This document shows positions 29,877 through 43,117 of a stretch of DNA of 64,000 bases, in pieces. Under the pieces are notes generated by a model. The model ran no database searches and had not been told where the DNA came from. It was given only the letters and a program-made list of their open reading frames with translations. Within the stretch, counting starts at the first letter, position 1; each line of letters opens with the position of its first letter. The position numbers were made by a program, and so were the translations under genes. The stretch is from Oceanicaulis sp. BBD 1991-10 (GTDB lineage Bacteria > Pseudomonadota > Alphaproteobacteria > Caulobacterales > Maricaulaceae): positions 3,414 to 67,413 of the forward strand of contig LYSW01000004.1 of the NCBI GenBank assembly GCA_001657295.1. The letters run 5' to 3'.

Positions 29877-30725
29877 ATGGCCCTTGCAGACGCGACCCCC
29901 GCCCTGGAGACACGATCCGGTTCGCAGATTGAACGCGCCTATCTGAATCTGTTGCGCGATATTCTTTCGCACGGCGACGACCAGGCCGACCGCACCGGCA
30001 CCGGCGCCCGCGGGGTGTTCGGACGCCAGATTCGCTGTGATCTGGCCGAGGGCTTTCCGCTGCTGACCACCAAAAAGGTGCATTTCAAATCCATCGCGGT
30101 GGAGCTGTTATGGTTCATCAAGGGGATGACCAATGTGCGCTGGCTGCAGGAGCGCGGGGTCTCGATCTGGGATGAATGGGCCGATGAAAATGGCGAGCTG
30201 GGCCCGGTCTACGGCAAGCAGTGGCGGCGCTGGACCGGACCGGACGGCGAAGAGATCGACCAGCTGGCGGGTCTGATCGAGCAGATCAAGACCACGCCGG
30301 ACAGCCGGCGCCTGATTTTGAGCGCCTGGAACCCGGCCGACGTGCCGTCGATGGCCCTTCCGCCCTGCCACACCCTGTTCCAGTTCAAAGTATTGGGCGG
30401 ACGCCTGCACCTGCAGCTGTATCAGCGCAGCGCGGACATGTTTTTGGGGGTGCCGTTCAACATCGCCAGCTATGCCCTGCTCTTGGCGATGGTCGCGAGG
30501 GTCACCGGCTATGAGCCGGGCGAATATGTCCACACCTTCGGCGATGCGCATATCTACGCCAACCACATGGATCAGGTGCGCGAGCAGCTCTCCCGCACGC
30601 CGAGGGCGCTGCCGACGCTGCGCCTGAACCCGGACGTGACCGACGTCTTCGCATTCGATTATGAGGACATTTCGCTGGAGGGTTATGACCCGCACCCGCG
30701 GATATCGGCGCCGGTGGCGGTTTGA
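29877..30725 (+). CDS. thyA: thymidylate synthase (ThyA type)
   Basis: DRTGTG and [22 protein letters not shown] motifs. I chose the internal ATG at 29877 of ORF 29406..30725. Confidence 0.93.
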   Translation: MALADATPALETRSGSQIERAYLNLLRDILSHGDDQADRTGTGARGVFGRQIRCDLAEGFPLLTTKKVHFKSIAVELLWFIKGMTNVRWLQERGVSIWDEWADENGELGPVYGKQWRRWTGPDGEEIDQLAGLIEQIKTTPDSRRLILSAWNPADVPSMALPPCHTLFQFKVLGGRLHLQLYQRSADMFLGVPFNIASYALLLAMVARVTGYEPGEYVHTFGDAHIYANHMDQVREQLSRTPRALPTLRLNPDVTDVFAFDYEDISLEGYDPHPRISAPVAV

Positions 30726-30745
30726 ATGCGCGACCGAGGCCGGTT

Positions 30746-30913
30746 GTGATCGGCGCAGCGATCATCCGGGTGCTCCTGCTTTCGACTTTCGTGATTGGCG
30801 CCCTGCGGCACATCTGGCTGACTGAACGCTGCTTGAGCGCCGAAGGCGCGGTTTGGGACCAAGCGCTTCACGCTTGTTGCTCCACAGATGAATGCCCGGA
30901 GGCGCCGGCATGA
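30746..30913 (+). CDS. small hypothetical membrane protein with a Cys-rich tail (between thyA and folA)
   Basis: The GTG at 30746 is preceded by GAGG with 6-nt spacing; an alternative TTG at 30722 overlaps the thyA stop. The stop overlaps the folA ATG (ATGA). It has one hydrophobic helix and then C..(17)..CC...C. No family was recognised. Confidence 0.35.
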   Translation: MIGAAIIRVLLLSTFVIGALRHIWLTERCLSAEGAVWDQALHACCSTDECPEAPA

Positions 30914-31431
30914 CCCGGCCCCGCCTCGCCGCCGTCGTCGCGGTCGCCAGAAACGGCGTCATCGGACGCGACGGCGATCTGCCCTGGCGTATTCCCTCCG
31001 ACCTGAAGCGATTCAAGGCCGTCACGCTGGACAAGCCGGTGGTGATGGGGCGCAAGACGTGGGACAGCCTGCCGCGCAAGCCCTTGCCCGGGCGGACGAA
31101 TATCGTCGTCAGCCGAACCCTGGCCGAGGCGGAGGGCGCACGCGTCTTCGCCAGCACCGAGGCGGCGCTTGCGGCGGCTGAGCGCGCCGCGCAGGACGCC
31201 GGCGTCGACGAGATCTGCCTGATCGGCGGGGCGCGGCTTTACGCCGATCTGCTGGACCGGACCGATCGCATCTATCTCACCGAAGTGGACCTGGCGCCGC
31301 AAGGCGACGCGCTCTTCCCGGCCCTCGCGCCGGGCCAGTGGCGCGAAGTCGACGCTGAACGGGTCGAGCCCCAGCCCGGAGACGACGCCGGCTTTACGGC
31401 GCGCATTCTTGACCGCGTCACTGCGGCTTAA
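30910..31431 (+). CDS. folA: dihydrofolate reductase
   Basis: VAVARNGVIGRDGDLPWRIPSDLKRFKAVT...VMGRKTW is a classic DHFR pattern. Confidence 0.9.
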   Translation: MTRPRLAAVVAVARNGVIGRDGDLPWRIPSDLKRFKAVTLDKPVVMGRKTWDSLPRKPLPGRTNIVVSRTLAEAEGARVFASTEAALAAAERAAQDAGVDEICLIGGARLYADLLDRTDRIYLTEVDLAPQGDALFPALAPGQWREVDAERVEPQPGDDAGFTARILDRVTAA

Positions 31432-31522
31432 GACCGGTTTTACTTGAACCGCAAGGCCGGACCCGCCACATACAGACACAATCGCATTCGCGAGCGAAAT
31501 CCACTGGAGAAGCGGGGAGCAT

Positions 31523-32692
31523 ATGCCCTGGAATGACAATTCGGGCGGCGGCGGCGGGCCTTGGGGCTCGGGCGGCGGCTCAAACAATAACGGGAATAAT
31601 CCCTGGGGCCGCGGCCAAGGCGGTCCCGGCCGCGGCGGCCCTGGCGGCGGCGGTCAGGAGCCGGACCTGGATGAGTTGGTGCGCCGGCTTCAGGATTGGG
31701 TGCGCGGCGTCATGGGCGGCGGCCGAGGAACCAAAGGCGGCAGGGGCGGCGGGGGCATCGGCCTCGGCGTGATCCTGGCGGCTCTGGTCTTCGTCTGGAT
31801 CGCCTGGCCCGGCTCGGGCTGGTATGTGGTGCAGCCGAACGAAAACGGGGTCGTGCTCCGCTTTGGCGAGTATGACCGCACGACTACGCCGGGCTTCCGC
31901 TTCAAGCTGCCCTATCCTGTCGAGACGGTGCTGCTGCCGGAAGTCACCGACACGCAGACCATTGAGATCGGCAGCAATCAGCGCGGCATCTTGATGCTCA
32001 CGCGCGACGAAAACATCGTCGATATCGGTTTCACCGTTCAGTGGCGCGTGAACACGCAGGAAGGCGGCGTGCGCGACTTCCTGTTCAATGTCCGCGATGT
32101 CGAGAGCACCATTCGCGCGGTGGCCGAAAGCGCCATGCGGGAAGTCGCCGGCACGACCGATCTGGAGCCGATCATCACGGCCGGCCGGGTCGAGGTGTCC
32201 CAGCGCACCCGCGATCTCATGCAGGCCACCCTGGATGAATACGCCGCGGGCGTGGTCGTGCTGAACGTCAACCTGCAGCGCGCTCAGGCGCCCGATCAGG
32301 TCATCGACGCCTTCCGCGATGTCGACGCGGCCGCCCAGGACGCGGAACGCGCGCGCCTGGACGCGACCGCCTATGCGAACTCGGTCGTTCCGCAAGCCCG
32401 AGGCGAAGCCGCCCGGCTGCGCGAAAACGCGCAGGCCTATCGGGACTCGGTGATCGCTGAAGCCCAGGGTCAGGCCGACCGTTTCGTGGCGATTTACAAC
32501 GAATACGCCACGGCGCCGGACGTCACGCGCCGGCGCATGTATCTGGAGACCATGGAGGCTGTGCTGGGCCGATCCGAACTGATCATTCTGGATCAGGAAG
32601 GCAATGGCGCGGTGCCCTATCTCCCCCTTGATCAGCTCGGACGGGCGCGCGGACCTGCGCCTGAAACCGACCAAAGCCGTTCGGGAGGCTAA
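31523..32692 (+). CDS. hflK: FtsH protease modulator HflK
   Basis: Gly/Asn-rich N-terminus, one TM segment and an SPFH/band-7 domain, followed by hflC. Confidence 0.88.
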   Translation: MPWNDNSGGGGGPWGSGGGSNNNGNNPWGRGQGGPGRGGPGGGGQEPDLDELVRRLQDWVRGVMGGGRGTKGGRGGGGIGLGVILAALVFVWIAWPGSGWYVVQPNENGVVLRFGEYDRTTTPGFRFKLPYPVETVLLPEVTDTQTIEIGSNQRGILMLTRDENIVDIGFTVQWRVNTQEGGVRDFLFNVRDVESTIRAVAESAMREVAGTTDLEPIITAGRVEVSQRTRDLMQATLDEYAAGVVVLNVNLQRAQAPDQVIDAFRDVDAAAQDAERARLDATAYANSVVPQARGEAARLRENAQAYRDSVIAEAQGQADRFVAIYNEYATAPDVTRRRMYLETMEAVLGRSELIILDQEGNGAVPYLPLDQLGRARGPAPETDQSRSGG

Positions 32693-32695
32693 ACG

Positions 32696-33583
32696 ATGCG
32701 TTTATTGACCCCCATCATCGCCATCCTTCTGATCGTGGCCGGAATCGCCGCCTTTCTGGCGACCTTCACGGTCAGCGAAACCCAGCAGGCGCTCGTGGTT
32801 CGACTGGGTGAACCGGTTCGGGCGATCAATCAGCCCGGCCAGGACAATCCCGGCCTTCACTTCAAGACCCCCTTCGTCGACGAAGTGGTCTATATCGAGA
32901 AGCGCAATCTCGAATTCGACATGGCGCCGGAAGAAATTCAGGCCGCCGACCAGGAACGCCTGGTGGTGGACTCCTTCCTGCGCTACCGCGTGTCCGATCC
33001 GCTGCGCTTCTTCCTGACGGTCCGCAATGAGTTGGGCGCCCAGGCGCGTCTTCGCTCTATCATGGACGACAGCCTGCGCGGCGTGATCGCCTCGATTCCC
33101 TCCCAGGACGTGATCTCCGGCCAGCGCGCCGAGCTCATGAACCGGGTGCAGGCCGCCGTGGAGGCTCAGGTGGCCAATCAGGAGCTGGGCATCGAGGTCA
33201 TCGATGTGCGCATCCTGCGCGCCGACCTTCCCGAGCAGATCGCCAACCGCGTCTTCCAACGGATGGAATCAGAGCGCCAGCAGGAAGCCGCCGGCATCCG
33301 GGCTGAAGGCAATGAACAGGCCCAGCGCATTCGCGCTGAAGCCGACCGGAACGCCGCGGTCATCCAGGCCGAGGCTCGCGCGGACGCCGAGCGCATTCGC
33401 GGTGCGGGCGACGCCGAACGCAACCGGATTTACGCCGAAGCCTATGGCCGGGATCTGGAATTCTTCCAATTCTACCGGACCATGATCAGCTATGAGACGG
33501 CGCTCCGCGAAGGCACGCCCATTGTGATCCCGCCGGACAGCGACTTCTTCGAGTATTTCCGCAGCGAAACCGGCGGCCGGTAG
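32696..33583 (+). CDS. hflC: FtsH protease modulator HflC
   Basis: N-terminal TM segment and SPFH domain, placed directly after hflK. Confidence 0.88.
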   Translation: MRLLTPIIAILLIVAGIAAFLATFTVSETQQALVVRLGEPVRAINQPGQDNPGLHFKTPFVDEVVYIEKRNLEFDMAPEEIQAADQERLVVDSFLRYRVSDPLRFFLTVRNELGAQARLRSIMDDSLRGVIASIPSQDVISGQRAELMNRVQAAVEAQVANQELGIEVIDVRILRADLPEQIANRVFQRMESERQQEAAGIRAEGNEQAQRIRAEADRNAAVIQAEARADAERIRGAGDAERNRIYAEAYGRDLEFFQFYRTMISYETALREGTPIVIPPDSDFFEYFRSETGGR

Positions 33584-33616
33584 GCCCGGTTTTCGCCAAG
33601 GATGAAGACGCAAGGC

Positions 33617-33651
33617 GGCCGGGCTCGATTGAGCCCGGCCGTTTTGCTTTT
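33617..33651 (+). terminator. intrinsic terminator after hflKC
   Basis: GGCCGGGCTC-GATT-GAGCCCGGCC, a 10-bp perfect stem, followed by GTTTTGCTTTT. Confidence 0.75.
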
Positions 33652-33700
33652 GGCGCGGTCCTCTTGCCATTACGCCTGCGGCTCGGGTTAGCTTGCCGCG

Positions 33701-34720
33701 ATGGCGCCTGGCACTTCATCCGATCCGGCCTCACGCGACGCCAGCGGGGCGGGCCGCGCCTGCGAGAATTGCGGCGCACCGCTCAGCGCCTCCTATTGCG
33801 GCCGGTGCGGGCAGAAAGCCGTCGGTCTGAACCGGCCGGCATTGGCCTTGTTGCGCGATCTGCTCGACGGGTTTTTCAGCCTTGACGGCAAGTTCTGGCG
33901 CACCGTGATCAGCCTTTATCGCCGCCCCGGCCAGGCCGCGCGTAATTTTCTGGACGGACGCCGCGCCTGTCAGAGCCCGCCCGTTCGGCTCTATGTGATC
34001 TCAGCCCTGGTCTTCGTGCTGGGGTTTCAGCTCTCCGGCATCGCGCTGATCGGGATTGAAACCGAAGGCGGGGATCTGATCGCACCGGCTGACCTCGACA
34101 CGAGCGAGATCGCCGCGGTGAGCACGGGGCCGATCAATGTGCGCCTTCACCCGTTTCGACCGCCGTGGACGCCGGACCCTCAACCTATCGACTGGGACAG
34201 CCTTCGCGCCGCGATCGCGGAACGCGAGGGCTTGGAACTGAGTGAAAGCTCAGCGGCCGATCTGACGGAGCAGCAGGTGCTGGAGCAAGGCGGCGTTGTC
34301 GCCCTCGCCGTGCTTGTCGGACGCGATCCGCTGGCGGCGGAACGGCGCGCGAATCTGGCGCTCAATCAGGCCATTTTGGCGATGGTGGCGCTGTTCGCGC
34401 TGTTCAACGTCGTCCTGCATCCGCGCGCACGGCTGATCACCCATGCCGTCCACAGCCTGTATTTCCACGCAGCCCTTCTGCCTCTAGCCATGCTCAGCGC
34501 CATCGCTGCGGTTTATCTCAGCGCGGCGTTCACCGCCGCGGGGGCCGTTCTTGGCGCGTGCGGCCTGGCCGCAATCCTCGCGCTCGCCTGGTGGAGCGAT
34601 CGCAAGGTGTACGCCAGCAGCTGGTATGGCGCGAGCCTTCGCATCGCCGTGCTCGCTCTTGCGTATCTGCTGGCCTTCCTGTTCCTGGCGATCGCCCTGG
34701 TTCTTTTGTCTATTGAGTGA
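33701..34720 (+). CDS. DUF3667-like membrane protein with N-terminal zinc ribbon
   Basis: CENCGAPLSASYCGRCGQ zinc-ribbon, a YRRPGQAARNFLDGRR segment, then several TM helices. Confidence 0.7.
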   Translation: MAPGTSSDPASRDASGAGRACENCGAPLSASYCGRCGQKAVGLNRPALALLRDLLDGFFSLDGKFWRTVISLYRRPGQAARNFLDGRRACQSPPVRLYVISALVFVLGFQLSGIALIGIETEGGDLIAPADLDTSEIAAVSTGPINVRLHPFRPPWTPDPQPIDWDSLRAAIAEREGLELSESSAADLTEQQVLEQGGVVALAVLVGRDPLAAERRANLALNQAILAMVALFALFNVVLHPRARLITHAVHSLYFHAALLPLAMLSAIAAVYLSAAFTAAGAVLGACGLAAILALAWWSDRKVYASSWYGASLRIAVLALAYLLAFLFLAIALVLLSIE

Positions 34721-34770
34721 ATCTCAGCGCCTGCTGGTTTCGCATTAACGCCTCATCGCCTATATTGAGC

Positions 34771-35093
34771 CTGTCCGCTTCTGCGGACTATGGCGATAAA
34801 CGCGCGTGTAATAACCAGACCGGACCCGGGTGCGAATCCCGGCGGCTCCACCATCTCTTCCCCGCTCGTTGGGCGGACGTCTTGGGGCCGAATAGGATCG
34901 ACGGATGGCTAAAGACGTGGCTTTCGCCCGAATGGGCTTCGTTACCAGCCCGTTATTAGTAGTTGCCAACGACAACTATGCTGAAGAGGTCGCTCTCGCT
35001 GCGTAAGCAGCGCGGGTAATCTCGCTTTTAAGTCCTGATCTCTAGCAAGATCAGGCGGGGTTCGGGGGCGCCTGGCAACAGAAGCCCCCACTT
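34771..35093 (+). ncRNA. ssrA: two-piece (circularly permuted) tmRNA gene: acceptor piece about 34771-34853, coding piece about 34884-35093
   Basis: T-arm and acceptor 3' end GGGTGCGAATCCCGGCGGCTCCACCA, ending at 34853. Downstream, GGGGCCGAATAGGATCGACGG (from 34884) pairs with CGGCUCC to form the acceptor stem. The tag reading frame GCC...TAA at 34965-35006 encodes ANDNYAEEVALAA. The outer ends are approximate. Confidence 0.88.
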
Positions 35094-35250
35094 TTCACGG
35101 ATCATTGCGGCCCTCGTTCCGGCTCAGCAGAGGCGGTTGTCATTCGCCTTTCGCGCGCCGAGCGGGAACGGCCCGGACGGACCGCACCGGTCCGGCGGCG
35201 CCGCGCTGACGAACGCCAGCTCGCCGATCGACGCAGCATCACAATTCCTT

Positions 35251-35301
35251 AGGGTTAATTTCCTCTTTATAATTGCATTCTTACCCTTTCTGGTTGCTTT
35301 T
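35251..35301 (+). promoter_or_regulatory. AT-rich putative promoter of subtilase copy 1 (perfect TATAAT at 35268-35273; conserved GGTTGCTTTT at 35292)
   Basis: An AT-rich island in a GC-rich genome. CTCTTTATAATTG and GGTTGCTTTT are both conserved at the same relative position in copy 2. The -35 element is weak or unclear. Confidence 0.4.
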
Positions 35302-35416
35302 GAATGCGTTCAATGTACGATGCCAGCGGCCGCATCCGAGAATTACCATAATGATTAAAAGGACATACGCACTGGTGCGGCCGCAACTGCAACCTCTGAT
35401 TCGGGAAAACACAAGC

Positions 35417-37408
<1,992 letters not shown>

Positions 37409-37425
37409 TCCCTGCCCCCCTCACC

Positions 37426-37458
37426 GGCCGCCGGCGTCATGCCGGCGGCCGCCTTTTT
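37426..37458 (+). terminator. intrinsic terminator after subtilase copy 1
   Basis: GGCCGCCGGC-GTCAT-GCCGGCGGCC, a 10-bp perfect stem, followed by GCCTTTTTC. Confidence 0.75.
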
Positions 37459-37547
37459 CATAGCAAGACGGAACGAATTTCTCCTGCGTCGGCGTTCAGG
37501 ACCTTGCGCCCGTAAATCAACTCTAGTTTTTTCGATATTATCGTTTA

Positions 37548-37599
37548 AAGATTTCATTAACTCTTATAATTGATGCGCTTAAGCGCATGGGTTGCTTTT
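37548..37599 (+). promoter_or_regulatory. AT-rich putative promoter of subtilase copy 2 (TATAAT 37565-37570) with a perfect 16-bp palindrome ATGCGCTTAAGCGCAT (37573-37588)
   Basis: Same TATAAT and GGTTGCTTTT architecture as copy 1. The palindrome sits 2 nt downstream of the -10 box and is absent from copy 1. Confidence 0.4.
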
Positions 37600-37713
37600 T
37601 GTTAAGAATTGAGGGCAGCATTCGCGCTGCCAAATCCAGCAAATTCCCTCACTGAATTCATACAGACAAGCTGGCATGGCGTCATTGAAACTTCCGAGGA
37701 AGGACCTGAACGC

Positions 37714-39717
<2,004 letters not shown>

Positions 39718-39818
39718 CGTAAGGCGGACGGATCGGTCTCCGGCCTTGCGCCGGCGGCCGATCTCCGTTTGCGGCCGCCCCGCATCGCAACCCGCCGGGT
39801 TGAAAGAACGGATAGCCG

Positions 39819-41108
39819 TCAATCGGCGCGCGGCAACGGGATTTCGGCGCGAAACACGCTGCCCTCGCCCAAAACACTCTTCACACGCATGACCCCGCCC
39901 ATCGCCGCGACGATCCGTTTGGAAAGCGCCAGCCCCAGGCCGGCGCCGCCATATCGCCGGCTCATGGAATTATCCCCTTGGACGAAGGGCTCGAAAATCT
40001 CATCCAGCTTATCGGCGCTTATCCCGCAGCCGGTATCCCGGACCTCCACGGCCAGGCCCTCGCCTGGGCTCAAGGGCTCTATCGAGACTTCGACACCACC
40101 GTTTTGCGTGAACTTGATGGCGTTCGCGATCAGCTTGTCCAATAGCTGCGCGAGGCGCGCAGGATCACCGCGCCGGAGCGCGTCCAGATCGGCGCCGGGG
40201 GCTGGCGAAATCGTCAGAGCAAGCCCGGCGTTCGCGGCGACCGGCGCCTGGCGGCCGCTCACGCGGTCGATGACCGCTCGCGGAATGAACTCGACCAGCT
40301 CCAACTCCAGCTCGTCCGCCTCAATGCGGGACATGTCGAGCACATCGTTGAGGCTGGACAGCAAATCGGACCCTGACGACTTGATCGCGTCGACGGCGCG
40401 CTGCTGCTCCGGTTCCAGGGCGCTTGCTTCCAAGACGGTCGCCATCCCGATCACGCCGTTTAGCGGGGTGCGCAGCTCATGGCTCATATTCGCCAGGAAT
40501 TCGGACTTCGCGCGATTGGCGCGGTCAGCAGCCGCCTTCTGGGCCGACAGCGCCTCAAGCGCGGAGATCATTTCGCGCCGAAACACGATCCCGCCCGCGA
40601 AGGCGAAGATCGCGGCCGCGGCCAGCGCGCCGTATTCGGCCGCCTCCGTCGGCTGGTCGGCATCCGCCCACCCCATGGCGCCGGTCGCCAGAATCGACCC
40701 AAGCGCGACAAGCATGGCCGCCGCACCGTCGCGGAAGCCGAGCACCAGGGTGAACGTCATCACGCTGGGGATCAAAAGGAAATTGGCCGGATTATAGAGA
40801 TCGCCCTCCCAGATCGAGAGCGCGGCGAGCAAGGCGAGAACGCCGTAACCGAGCACGCGGCTGCGCAAGTAGAACTGGTTCGATCCATTAATTAGGATCG
40901 GCGCGGCGGCGCAGACCAGCGCGGCGACGCCGCCGCTGGCGATTTGCGCTGCGAAATCCGGCAGATATTGCAAGTTCAATAAAGTCACCGCGCCGCCGGC
41001 GAGACCGGCGAGGATGCAAAAAGCCGACAGCGCGCGCGCGCCGGCGACCCGCAGGCGATCCTGATCATCCGCTTGCGGCCAATATTTATCACGCAGATTC
41101 AGGTCCAT
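39819..41108 (-). CDS. membrane sensor histidine kinase (6 TM segments fused directly to HisKA-HATPase_c)
   Basis: H-box MSHELRTPLNGVIGM with N and G boxes. The N-terminal 6-TM region is paralogous to that of the upstream hybrid kinase. The start at 41108 was chosen by paralog alignment; an alternative ATG lies at 41171. Confidence 0.82.
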   Translation of the reverse strand: MDLNLRDKYWPQADDQDRLRVAGARALSAFCILAGLAGGAVTLLNLQYLPDFAAQIASGGVAALVCAAAPILINGSNQFYLRSRVLGYGVLALLAALSIWEGDLYNPANFLLIPSVMTFTLVLGFRDGAAAMLVALGSILATGAMGWADADQPTEAAEYGALAAAAIFAFAGGIVFRREMISALEALSAQKAAADRANRAKSEFLANMSHELRTPLNGVIGMATVLEASALEPEQQRAVDAIKSSGSDLLSSLNDVLDMSRIEADELELELVEFIPRAVIDRVSGRQAPVAANAGLALTISPAPGADLDALRRGDPARLAQLLDKLIANAIKFTQNGGVEVSIEPLSPGEGLAVEVRDTGCGISADKLDEIFEPFVQGDNSMSRRYGGAGLGLALSKRIVAAMGGVMRVKSVLGEGSVFRAEIPLPRAD

Positions 41109-41211
41109 GCACCTGCTCCGTCCGCCGGCGGCCGCAGGCAAGCACAGCCAGGGTTTACGCTTCATGGACATCTGAATGGGCGTTCAACGACTAGGCGCAG
41201 TCAGGGCGGCC

Positions 41212-43044
41212 TCATGCGCGATCAAGGCCCGCCAGCTCGGGTTCAGCGTCTGCCGGCGGCGCCTCGGAGACAGACCGGGCCGCCTTGGAACGGGCCATCA
41301 CCGCCAAGACCTGCTCCAGCAAGACGGCGCCGCGCAGGGGCTTGGTGAGCACGGCGTCAAAGCCCAGGCCGGCATAGCGCTCGACCTGATGCGTCATCGC
41401 GTTGGCGGTCATGGCGATCACAGGCGGCCCGTCGCCCGGCGCGCGCATCGCGGCGAGGGCGTCAACGCCGTTCATGCGAGGCATGCGAATATCCATCAGG
41501 ACCAGATCAAAATGGGCGCTTCGCGTCATCGCGACCGCCTCTGCGCCGTCCGCGGCATGCGTGATGTCCGCATTCAGCGCTTCAAGCAAACCCGCGGCGA
41601 CTTCCCGATTATTGGCGTCATCATCAACGATCAGCAGACGGCGGCGTTCGCCGCACGGCCGCGCCGGCGCCTCGGAGAGACCGGCATTCTCCCTGTCGAC
41701 GACCCGCGGCAGGACGAGCTGAACCATGAACACCGTGCCTGACCCCGGCGCGCTGTCCACTGTGAGCTCGCCCTGCATCAGATCGACCAGCCGGCGCACG
41801 ATCGCCAAGCCCAGACCGGCCCCGTCATAGGACCGTTCCGCACTGTCCTCCGCTTGGGTGAAAGGCTCGAACACCCGATTCAACTCCGCCTCGGACATGC
41901 CGCAGCCGGTGTCCTCAACGCGGAGCATGACCGACTCCGACGATGCGCCTTGCATAAGGGAGACGGTGACTTGTCCGGTTTCGGTGAACTTGATGGCGTT
42001 GGTCACCAGATTATGGACGATCTGAAGCAAGCGCGTCGGATCGCCAAGCCTGGACGGGGACAATCGCAATACGGGGTCGAGCGTGCAAACAAGGTCCAGC
42101 CCTTTGGCGTCAGCCTGGACGCCATGCAGCCTTTCGATCGAATCCAGCACCTCGTCGAGGCGGAATGGACGCCGGTCGACGGTCAGACGGCCCGCCTCAA
42201 TTCGAGACAGATCAAGTATATCATTCAGGGTGTTGTGCAGATGGTCGCCGGATTTGCGGATGACATCGACGCGCTTGCGTTGCTTGTGCGTCAAGTCTGA
42301 CCGCGAGAGCAGCTCCGCCATGCCGATCACGCCGTTTAGCGGCGTTCTCACTTCGTGGCTCATGCTGGCGAGAAAGCGCGACTTGGCCAAGCCGGCCGCC
42401 TCCGCGCGATCACGCTGCGCATTGGCCTCCCGCACCAGCGCGAGCATCTCCGTGCGCAAAACCGCGCCGGCGACATAGGCGAACACCGTTGAGCAGACCA
42501 TGCCGGCGAAATAGGTGTGCAGTGTGGAGGGCGCGGGTCCGGCGAGCCGGATCATCGCATATGTCGTGCACACGGAAACCAGCGTGATTGCGGCCGCGAT
42601 CAGCCCGTCTTTCGTGCCCAGCACGAGCGTGAAGGTCATGACCGTGGGCAGAAGCAAGACATGCCCGACGCTCGCCACCTCGCCGTTCGCGATCGACAGC
42701 CCTGCGAGCAGCACGATGTTGAAATAGCCCAGCATCCGGGCCCGCAACGCGAAATCAGGCGATTCATTGATCACCAGCGGCGCCAGCAGCGCAATCAGGG
42801 CTGCGAGCGCCCCGACGCTGACGAAGATTGGATAATCCGGCCAAAAGTGAAGATTGACCAACGTAACGACAACGCCCGCACCGCCCGCCAGAACGGCGAA
42901 AGCGGACAGGGCGCGCGACACGGCGACGGCCATGCGATCCCCGCCCGCAGCGCTCGGCCAATATCGGCTTAGAACACTCATGACTCCGTCCGACCCCATC
43001 AGACTCAGCGGGTCGACCGTATGCAATTCGTTGAAATCAGTCAC
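41212..43044 (-). CDS. hybrid sensor histidine kinase / response regulator (6 TM, HisKA, HATPase_c, receiver; no HPt)
   Basis: H-box MSHEVRTPLNGVIGM. C-terminal receiver domain with LLIVDDD...DLVLMDIRMP...K. Confidence 0.88.
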   Translation of the reverse strand: MTDFNELHTVDPLSLMGSDGVMSVLSRYWPSAAGGDRMAVAVSRALSAFAVLAGGAGVVVTLVNLHFWPDYPIFVSVGALAALIALLAPLVINESPDFALRARMLGYFNIVLLAGLSIANGEVASVGHVLLLPTVMTFTLVLGTKDGLIAAAITLVSVCTTYAMIRLAGPAPSTLHTYFAGMVCSTVFAYVAGAVLRTEMLALVREANAQRDRAEAAGLAKSRFLASMSHEVRTPLNGVIGMAELLSRSDLTHKQRKRVDVIRKSGDHLHNTLNDILDLSRIEAGRLTVDRRPFRLDEVLDSIERLHGVQADAKGLDLVCTLDPVLRLSPSRLGDPTRLLQIVHNLVTNAIKFTETGQVTVSLMQGASSESVMLRVEDTGCGMSEAELNRVFEPFTQAEDSAERSYDGAGLGLAIVRRLVDLMQGELTVDSAPGSGTVFMVQLVLPRVVDRENAGLSEAPARPCGERRRLLIVDDDANNREVAAGLLEALNADITHAADGAEAVAMTRSAHFDLVLMDIRMPRMNGVDALAAMRAPGDGPPVIAMTANAMTHQVERYAGLGFDAVLTKPLRGAVLLEQVLAVMARSKAARSVSEAPPADAEPELAGLDRA

Positions 43045-43117
43045 CGATTCGTTTGGATCAGACCTAATCGGGCGTGAACCATGGTGTTCGCATCCGCCCG
43101 GCTTCGCGCGGCGGCGG

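Noticed and set aside
35255-35273. CtrA-type TTAA-N7-TTAA boxes in the two subtilase promoters
   Set aside because: Only half-site-quality matches are present: TTAA-N7-TTTA in copy 1 and TTAA-N7-AATT in copy 2. In an AT-rich patch this is not better than chance.
35137-35416. Small ORFs or leader peptides upstream of subtilase copy 1 (73-aa ORF 35137..35358, and N-terminal extensions from 35273 or 35351) as possible RiPP precursors
   Set aside because: They have TTG or weak starts without a convincing RBS. They span the putative promoter itself, and no equivalent frame is conserved upstream of copy 2.
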